This document shows, one piece after another, positions 58,312 to 64,000 of a DNA stretch of 64,000 nucleotides. The DNA is from a virus (Duplodnaviria > Caudoviricetes), in the IMG/VR virus record IMGVR_UViG_2885972705_000001, positions 7,679-71,678 of that record. One strand, given 5' to 3'. Numbering within the stretch: the stretch's first letter is position 1; the number at the start of each line of letters is the position of its first letter. A program made the position numbers and the translations under genes. Below the pieces are notes generated by a model. It saw only the letters and a program-made list of their open reading frames with translations, did not search any database and had not been told where the DNA came from.

Positions 58312-59274
58312 ATGCCCATAACTTACGGAAGCGTCTGCTCCGGCATCGAGGCCGCTACACAAGCGTGGCACCCGCTGGGCATGCGCGCCGCTTGGTTCGC
58401 CGAGATTGAGCCGTTCCCCTCGGCGGTCCTGGCCCACCACTACCCCGACGTGCCGAACCACGGCGACATGACCAAGCTGGCAGCCCTGGTGCTGGCCGGC
58501 AAGATCCCGGCGCCGGACGTGCTTGTCGGCGGCACCCCGTGCCAGGCCTTCAGCGTGGCCGGTATGCGGGAAGGCCTCACCGACCCGCGCGGCGCCCTCA
58601 CCATCAAATACGTGGAGCTTGCAGATGCAGTTGACTATGTTCGCGCCGGCCAGCGAAAGCCCGCCAGCGTTATCGTCTGGGAAAACGTCCCCGGCGTCCT
58701 CAGCGACAAAGGAAACGCCTTCGGATGCTTTCTTGGTGCGCTTGCTGGGGAAGACTGCGAGTTGCAGCCTCCAGGGAAGAAATGGCAGGACGCTGGTTGT
58801 GTGTATGGACCCAAAAGAACAATCGCGTGGCGGGTCTTGGACGCCCAATATTTCGGCCTGGCCCAACGACGCCGTCGTGTGTTCGTTGTCGCAAGTGCTA
58901 GAGACGGATTCGATCCCACTGAGGTACTTTTTGAGCGCGAAGGCGCTCGCCGGGATAGCCCGCCGAGATGGCCGGCGAAGCTTGCACTTCACCCTACTCT
59001 CACGGCACAAGGGGGAGGCTCTCTCGATGATCGAGAGGCATATGTGCTGGAGCCCGAAGGCGTCCGCCGGACCAGTGTGATCGAGTGGGAGCGATGCCAA
59101 GGTTTTCCCGATAACTACACGCAGATCCCCTGGCGCGGCAAGCCTGCAAGTGAATGTCCTGACGGGTCCCGCTACAAGGCAATCGGTAACAGCAAGGCCA
59201 TCGCGGTGGTTCACTGGATAGGCGGGAGAATCGTCAAGTTTGTTGAGCTAAGCGACGCACGATCACCTCTTTAA
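58312..59274 (+). CDS. C5-cytosine DNA methyltransferase
   Basis: SVCSGIE, GGTPCQ, WENVPG, AQRRRRVF, ERCQGFP, YKAIGNS. Confidence 0.92.
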   Translation: MPITYGSVCSGIEAATQAWHPLGMRAAWFAEIEPFPSAVLAHHYPDVPNHGDMTKLAALVLAGKIPAPDVLVGGTPCQAFSVAGMREGLTDPRGALTIKYVELADAVDYVRAGQRKPASVIVWENVPGVLSDKGNAFGCFLGALAGEDCELQPPGKKWQDAGCVYGPKRTIAWRVLDAQYFGLAQRRRRVFVVASARDGFDPTEVLFEREGARRDSPPRWPAKLALHPTLTAQGGGSLDDREAYVLEPEGVRRTSVIEWERCQGFPDNYTQIPWRGKPASECPDGSRYKAIGNSKAIAVVHWIGGRIVKFVELSDARSPL

Positions 59275-60043
59275 TTACTGAGTAGTCCTCGATGCCCGAT
59301 CGCATATGAGCGTGCACGGCAGAATGACAATTCGAACACAGTAATGCTAAATCTTCTAAAACCACATCTACCTTCACAGCCTTCATAGAGACTGGCACTT
59401 TGTGATGAGCCTCGATATATTCAAATCCGTATCTAACTTTAAAATCATCACTGCAAATTTCACAGACGCATGATCCGGACGATTTTAGCAGCTTAACTAC
59501 TTGAGAGTTCCTCTCATACAACAAATGCGTAACATAACTTTTTCCACCCTCCATAAATCCTTGGCCGACCTTGCTCGTAATCACATTAGTTTCGGCTTGG
59601 CGACCAAGAACAACATATTCGTCAGCGCATTCAACCAAGCCAAACAACCCTTCAAAAAACCAGCCCTGCTTTTGCTCGCTATAAAGAAGTACTGGGTAAC
59701 CGAACTCAGGCTGATTCAGCAACGAAAGATTCGCCTTTTCCTTAAGTGATACAACACCTTTTCTGGCTTTAAAGGAATAGCGGTAAAAATTTCTTTCAGC
59801 ATCTACCCAACCATCGTGACTATAACTTCCCGGATACACTTTAACTATGACCCCTGCAAGAGCAGGAAGTGAACCAATCCAGTTAATACCCTGTTGTGGA
59901 GTATTATTTATCACGAAATTTTCACCACCCCAATATTCAGATCCTTCTACTTTTGAATACTGAATTAATTCATATAGCTCTTTTTTTGAAACCATTGATC
60001 CAACTGGAGCATTTAGCAGATCATGAACGCTTATATTTGCCAT
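59234..60043 (-). CDS. HNH endonuclease (McrA-like) with N-terminal SRA-like domain
   Basis: YERN, CEIC, IEAHHKVP, LLCSNCHSAVH; AT-rich. Confidence 0.8.
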   Translation of the reverse strand: MANISVHDLLNAPVGSMVSKKELYELIQYSKVEGSEYWGGENFVINNTPQQGINWIGSLPALAGVIVKVYPGSYSHDGWVDAERNFYRYSFKARKGVVSLKEKANLSLLNQPEFGYPVLLYSEQKQGWFFEGLFGLVECADEYVVLGRQAETNVITSKVGQGFMEGGKSYVTHLLYERNSQVVKLLKSSGSCVCEICSDDFKVRYGFEYIEAHHKVPVSMKAVKVDVVLEDLALLCSNCHSAVHAHMRSGIEDYSVIKEVIVRRLAQQT

Positions 60044-60170
60044 CGTTGTCCCTAACAAAATTCCCGTGTACTCACCTTTCATTATGGCACTGCGCATTTA
60101 AAGCGCGAAGTCCTCAATTTCAACGTCCCCCCAACCCTACTTCCCGGGCATCACCCGGCAAGAGCTCCCC

Positions 60171-60482
60171 GTGAAACGGATTTACCTCAGCGAACCCATG
60201 ACCGGCCTGCCCGGCCTCAACTTTGCCGCCTTCCACGCTATGACCACCAACCTGCGCGCCGGCGGCCACACCGTCACCAACCCCGCCGAGATCAACCCCG
60301 ACGGCGGCAACTGGAACGACTGCATGCGCCGCGACATCGTCGCCCTGATGGAGTGCAACACCGTGGCCACCCTGCCCGGCTGGGAGCACTCAAAGGGCGC
60401 ACGCCTGGAAGTCCTGATTGCCGAACGCCTCGGCATGACGGTTGTGAATGCCCAAGATCTGGTAACGGAGAACGCATCGTGA
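60171..60482 (+). CDS. DUF4406-like protein
   Basis: RIYLS.PMTGLPGLNF.AF, NPAE, LPGWEHSKGARLE. Confidence 0.85.
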   Translation: MKRIYLSEPMTGLPGLNFAAFHAMTTNLRAGGHTVTNPAEINPDGGNWNDCMRRDIVALMECNTVATLPGWEHSKGARLEVLIAERLGMTVVNAQDLVTENAS

Positions 60483-60718
60483 GAAATATCAAAACCCGCG
60501 AAGGCTATGACCTTTGGGACAAGGTACAGGCTCTGCCACGATTCAATTTCTGGCGCGGCGGCGAGGATGCAACAGGTAGCGTAATCCGCGTGCCGGATAA
60601 GCATGGTAACTGGGTCAACTTCAACGACCTGACAACCCTGGCCGATCAGTACCAGGATGAAATCAACAGCCTGCGTGAGCGGCTTTCGCGACTTGAACCC
60701 AAATCGGTGAAGTCATGA
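60479..60718 (+). CDS. Hypothetical protein
   Basis: GTG start coupled to the upstream stop. Confidence 0.55.
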   Translation: MRNIKTREGYDLWDKVQALPRFNFWRGGEDATGSVIRVPDKHGNWVNFNDLTTLADQYQDEINSLRERLSRLEPKSVKS

Positions 60719-61251
60719 CCACCAACCAAACAATTGACGGTGTGTCGCGTGAGCTGCTGGAGAACTTCGCCAGCTACGCCGAAGGATCTGCAAGCGGTGA
60801 GGTGCAACTGTGGGTCAAGAAGCTGCGCGCCCTGCTGGATTCGCCTGTGGCGCTTGGCGAGATCGACCTGACCGCGAAACGTCTTGCGCACGCAGAGAGC
60901 GTTATCGAGCAGCAGAACAACTTGATCGCCAGCTTGCGAGCCGAGCTTGTCGAGTCGTATCGCGTTGCCGCCTCGCTCCAAAGCGAGCCGGACCAGGATG
61001 ATCGAGACGCGCTGTTCGGATACGGTCGCAGTAACGGCCTCGACGAAGCCTCGACGCTTTGCACGCGCCTGGCATACGCCGCTTACTACCCGCCAGGTAC
61101 ACGCTTCAAGGCCTTCACCCCGAAGGCCCAAAAGGCTCTCGGCGACCTGCTGATCAAAGCTGCCAACGAGATTGCATCACTGCCCGGCGGCCCGTACGAA
61201 CGCTTCAAGGCGCGCCAGGCCAAGAAGGCCGAGTCAGCCAACTCCCGGTAG
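60715..61251 (+). CDS. Hypothetical protein
   Basis: MTTNQTIDGVSRELLE; ATGA overlap. Confidence 0.6.
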   Translation: MTTNQTIDGVSRELLENFASYAEGSASGEVQLWVKKLRALLDSPVALGEIDLTAKRLAHAESVIEQQNNLIASLRAELVESYRVAASLQSEPDQDDRDALFGYGRSNGLDEASTLCTRLAYAAYYPPGTRFKAFTPKAQKALGDLLIKAANEIASLPGGPYERFKARQAKKAESANSR

Positions 61252-61331
61252 GAGTACATCCGTACTCCACCCGCAAAACCTGTAAACCCTCCCCCTTCAA
61301 AGTCAGCCGCTATAGCGGCAAGGACGAAGTC

Positions 61332-61643
61332 ATGACCATTGAAAACCGAGAACAAGCATTCGAACTCAACGGCAGCCAGCCCGCGCCGCCTAAATTGCTC
61401 GCCTTCATGGTTGGCGACTGCGATTGGGTTGCGGCTGTCGATGAGGCAGGCGCACGCCGGGTGCTCGAAGAAATGAACGGCGAAGAGCCAGGCGCCTACG
61501 ACGACTGGGATGTTGAGCTGGTCAGTGATGAATGGCTCGACAAGCCGTGGTGCGATGAAGATGACCGCACGAAGATCGTCGGCACGTTGCGCGAATGGCT
61601 GGCCGCCGCCACGGAGCCGGCATACCTCGCCGGGACGGAGTAA
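61332..61643 (+). CDS. Hypothetical acidic protein
   Basis: AFMVGDCDWVAA...PAYLAGTE. Confidence 0.6.
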   Translation: MTIENREQAFELNGSQPAPPKLLAFMVGDCDWVAAVDEAGARRVLEEMNGEEPGAYDDWDVELVSDEWLDKPWCDEDDRTKIVGTLREWLAAATEPAYLAGTE

Positions 61644-61646
61644 GTC

Positions 61647-62051
61647 ATGAGCCGAAGCGGATATAGCGATGATTGCGGCGGATGGGATCTGATCTGCTGG
61701 CGTGGCGCCGTGAAGTCGGCGCTGAAGGGAAAGCGCGGCCAGGCGTTCCTTGTCGAGCTGCGTGACGCGATGGATGCAATGCCGGATAAGCGCTTGATCG
61801 CCGACTCGCTTCAGGCCGAGGGGGAATTCTGCACCATCGGCGTAATTGGGGCGAAGCGCGGAATTGACATGGCCGTTCTTGATCCAGACGACCGAGAGGC
61901 CGTAGGCGAAGCGTTCGGCATCAGCCCTGCCATGGCGTCAGAAATTGTTTTCATGAACGACGAAGGCAGTTGGCAGGCAGAAACGCCGGAACAGCGCTGG
62001 CAGCGTATGCGTACCTGGGTCAACTCAAATATTCAGAGGGTGACGCCATGA
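61647..62051 (+). CDS. Hypothetical protein
   Basis: MSRSGYSDD...GKRGQAFLVEL...ETPEQRW. Confidence 0.7.
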   Translation: MSRSGYSDDCGGWDLICWRGAVKSALKGKRGQAFLVELRDAMDAMPDKRLIADSLQAEGEFCTIGVIGAKRGIDMAVLDPDDREAVGEAFGISPAMASEIVFMNDEGSWQAETPEQRWQRMRTWVNSNIQRVTP

Positions 62052-62105
62052 TCGCCACCCTCCCGTTCGCCTACGTGTACTGCTAACGCCAGAAACCGAT
62101 GGTTG

Positions 62106-62381
62106 CTAGTTCGATTCAGGAGTTTCATCCCCTCTAAAGCCCCAACCTTGCTTTTTAGCTGTCTCAACTAACTCAGTAATCATCTCCATATTGGGCAGGC
62201 GTGCTTGACCCCGTGCAGCTTGTAGAGAGCCGTCTGGGCGTTTCCAGATGAAGCGATAGCCTCGTTGCTGCGAACCGTCACTGTAATTGTAATGGCACCA
62301 TTGAAAACAGAGTGTCCAGCCTTTTTCAGTGAATTTTTTTTCTACACTTTCGATCACGTGAACACGTGCTTGGACAGCCAT
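62106..62381 (-). CDS. Hypothetical moron
   Basis: WTLCFQWCHY...GYRFIWKRPDGSLQAARGQARLP; GAGG RBS. Confidence 0.65.
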   Translation of the reverse strand: MAVQARVHVIESVEKKFTEKGWTLCFQWCHYNYSDGSQQRGYRFIWKRPDGSLQAARGQARLPNMEMITELVETAKKQGWGFRGDETPESN

Positions 62382-62399
62382 AGACACCTCAGAAATCAA

Positions 62400-62431
62400 T
62401 TAAGATCTTAATTGAGCAGTTAAGATCTTAA
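62400..62431. promoter_or_regulatory. Tandem palindromic operator
   Basis: TTAAGATCTTAA at 62400 and 62420. Confidence 0.6.
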
Positions 62432-62621
62432 CTGAAAAAAATCTCTAAAAAAAGCAGTAACTGACGCAGGTAGGCGGCGATCTAGATCTATCCCTACAAC
62501 AACTCCTGCCAGCCTATGAGCGGCGGTCGAGGTATGCACGCATGTTTGGCGAGCAATCCGCACCGAACTCTTTCGAATCGACTAACCCAATTTCCGCCGC
62601 CCACCGCGGCCAGGACACCCC

Positions 62622-62966
62622 ATGTCAGCAGCCGAACAACAAAACGACGGCATCACCGGCGACAAGGTGCCGGAGGCGCAGATGGCCCAAATCCTCGGCA
62701 CCACCCTCGCCGCCCTGCGCTCCAAGCGCGCCCGCAATCAAATCCCCCTCGGCGTCTGGAACAAACAAGGTAGCCGAGTTCTGTACAGCATCAGGAGATA
62801 CTACGAATGGCTCGAAAGCCAATGGGTTTGCCCGCAGGAATGGACCTCCACCACGGATCGATCCGCATCCGCTTTATGTGGAACGGCAGCCGGCGCAGTG
62901 AAACGCTCCCCTATCCCCCGACACAGAAAGGAATCAAGTCTGCCGCACAGGTTGTTGATCAAGTAA
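62622..62966 (+). CDS. Excisionase-like protein
   Basis: EAQMAQILGTTLAALRSKR winged HTH, upstream of int. Confidence 0.7.
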   Translation: MSAAEQQNDGITGDKVPEAQMAQILGTTLAALRSKRARNQIPLGVWNKQGSRVLYSIRRYYEWLESQWVCPQEWTSTTDRSASALCGTAAGAVKRSPIPRHRKESSLPHRLLIK

Positions 62967-64000
62967 AAGGCCTGATCAAGCTGGGGTTGCTCGACGACGA
63001 TAAGTACGCCGAGCTGTTCCCCAGCTCCAGCAACGTCGCCGGCGGCAAGATCAACTTCGGCGAATACGCCCAGCTCTGGCTGGACAGTCGGGAGGTGGTC
63101 GCTGGTACGAAGGGGAACTACAAGGGCGCGCTGAACCGGTACTGGATGCCCGGCCTGGCACTGGTGAGGATCGATTTGATCACCACCACCCTGCTCCGCC
63201 GGGTAATGGCCGCCAGTGAGTGGAAGTCGCCCGGGGTGAAGCGCAATGCGATCTCGAAGCTGTCGACCATTCTGAACTCGGCCGTCAATGAGGAGCTGAT
63301 CCCGAAGAACCCGGCGGCGATTCTGGAGTTGCCCAAGCGCAGCAAGAAGGAGATCGACCCGTTCACCCTGGACGAGGCGAACCAGATCATCGCCAAGATG
63401 TACGAGCACGATCACTGGCCCAGCACGATATATGCGGCGTTTTTTGAGTTTGTGTTTTTTACGGGGATGCGTCTTTCCGAAGCCCTGGCAATGCGTTGGG
63501 ATGCGGTAGACGAAGAGAAAAGGACGGCCCACGTGTGTCGCGGGATCGCCTTGGGGGAAGTGGTGGAGCGCACGAAAACGGGCAGTGACCGCTTTGTTTT
63601 GTTGAATGACCGCGCCCTGCACGCCCTGGCGTTCGCCAAGGAATATGCAGAACGTCGGAAAAAGGGCAAAGGCAAGGTGCTGGAAACGCCTTTCATCTTC
63701 CCCCCGTCGAAGAACGCAGCGTACGTCCGGCAGACGTCCGACCTGCACAAGCAATGGGTTCCTACACTGAAAGCGTTGAATATCCGTCGTCGCCCGCCAT
63801 ACAACTGTCGTCACACCTATGCGACAATATGCATTATGTCTGGCATGAACCCCGCCTTCATCTCCCAGCAGCTCGGCCATAGTGTGCAGATGCTGCTCTC
63901 GACTTATGCGCGTTGGATCAACTCAAGCTCGGACTGGAGCGAAATGCAAAAGCTCCAGATTGGTCCCAAATTGGTCCCAGTTCAAATAAGCGCACCCTAA
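62807..64000 (+). CDS. int: Tyrosine integrase
   Basis: Arm-binding N-terminus; TGMRLSE, TKT, YNCRHT, QLGHS, TYARW. Confidence 0.95.
   Translation: MARKPMGLPAGMDLHHGSIRIRFMWNGSRRSETLPYPPTQKGIKSAAQVVDQVKGLIKLGLLDDDKYAELFPSSSNVAGGKINFGEYAQLWLDSREVVAGTKGNYKGALNRYWMPGLALVRIDLITTTLLRRVMAASEWKSPGVKRNAISKLSTILNSAVNEELIPKNPAAILELPKRSKKEIDPFTLDEANQIIAKMYEHDHWPSTIYAAFFEFVFFTGMRLSEALAMRWDAVDEEKRTAHVCRGIALGEVVERTKTGSDRFVLLNDRALHALAFAKEYAERRKKGKGKVLETPFIFPPSKNAAYVRQTSDLHKQWVPTLKALNIRRRPPYNCRHTYATICIMSGMNPAFISQQLGHSVQMLLSTYARWINSSSDWSEMQKLQIGPKLVPVQISAP
63959..63979 (+). repeat. Direct repeat ATTGGTCCCA x2, probable integrase arm-type sites near att
   Basis: Tandem 10-mers inside the 3' end of int. Confidence 0.55.

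Larger units (their letters stand above)
408..64000. mobile_element. Lambdoid siphovirus-type prophage; exact att boundaries not visible
   Basis: Ordered lysis, tail, head, packaging, replication, immunity, recombination and xis/int modules. Confidence 0.95.

Overview
The window is almost entirely one lambdoid (siphovirus-type) prophage. Gene families and codon usage point to a Pseudomonas host (inference). From left to right it holds: a partial XRE regulator and a SRAP gene; endolysin and spanins; lambda-like tail genes (fibre, J, I, K, L, M, tape measure, G/G-T, tube); head and packaging genes; holins; cargo (Com plus beta-propeller, GAF-EAL phosphodiesterase); Q/nin/replication; cII-cro-cI with operators; an immunity-island moron cluster; the PL early operon (MTase, RecT, exonuclease, NdpA, Dcm); and xis-int ending at the last base. 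The standout is at 10026-12448 (minus strand), inserted between tail genes K and I. A P22-like arc-ant operon continues into a minimal 191-aa RAMP/Cas7-like gene, a 153-aa winged-helix-like gene and a non-coding array of three hairpins flanking two tracts of 5-nt GGY-NN repeats. Reading only the NN dinucleotides as a gapped code (2 specified, 1 skipped) gives near-matches to codon positions 1-2 of tail genes J (7918-7944) and I (9031-9059). The prophage's own copies carry mismatches at those sites. This suggests an RNA-guided, non-contiguous-code system against related phages with self-escape. It resembles the VIPR systems I recall being reported recently (from memory, unverified). All calls come from manual reading; no database searches were run.
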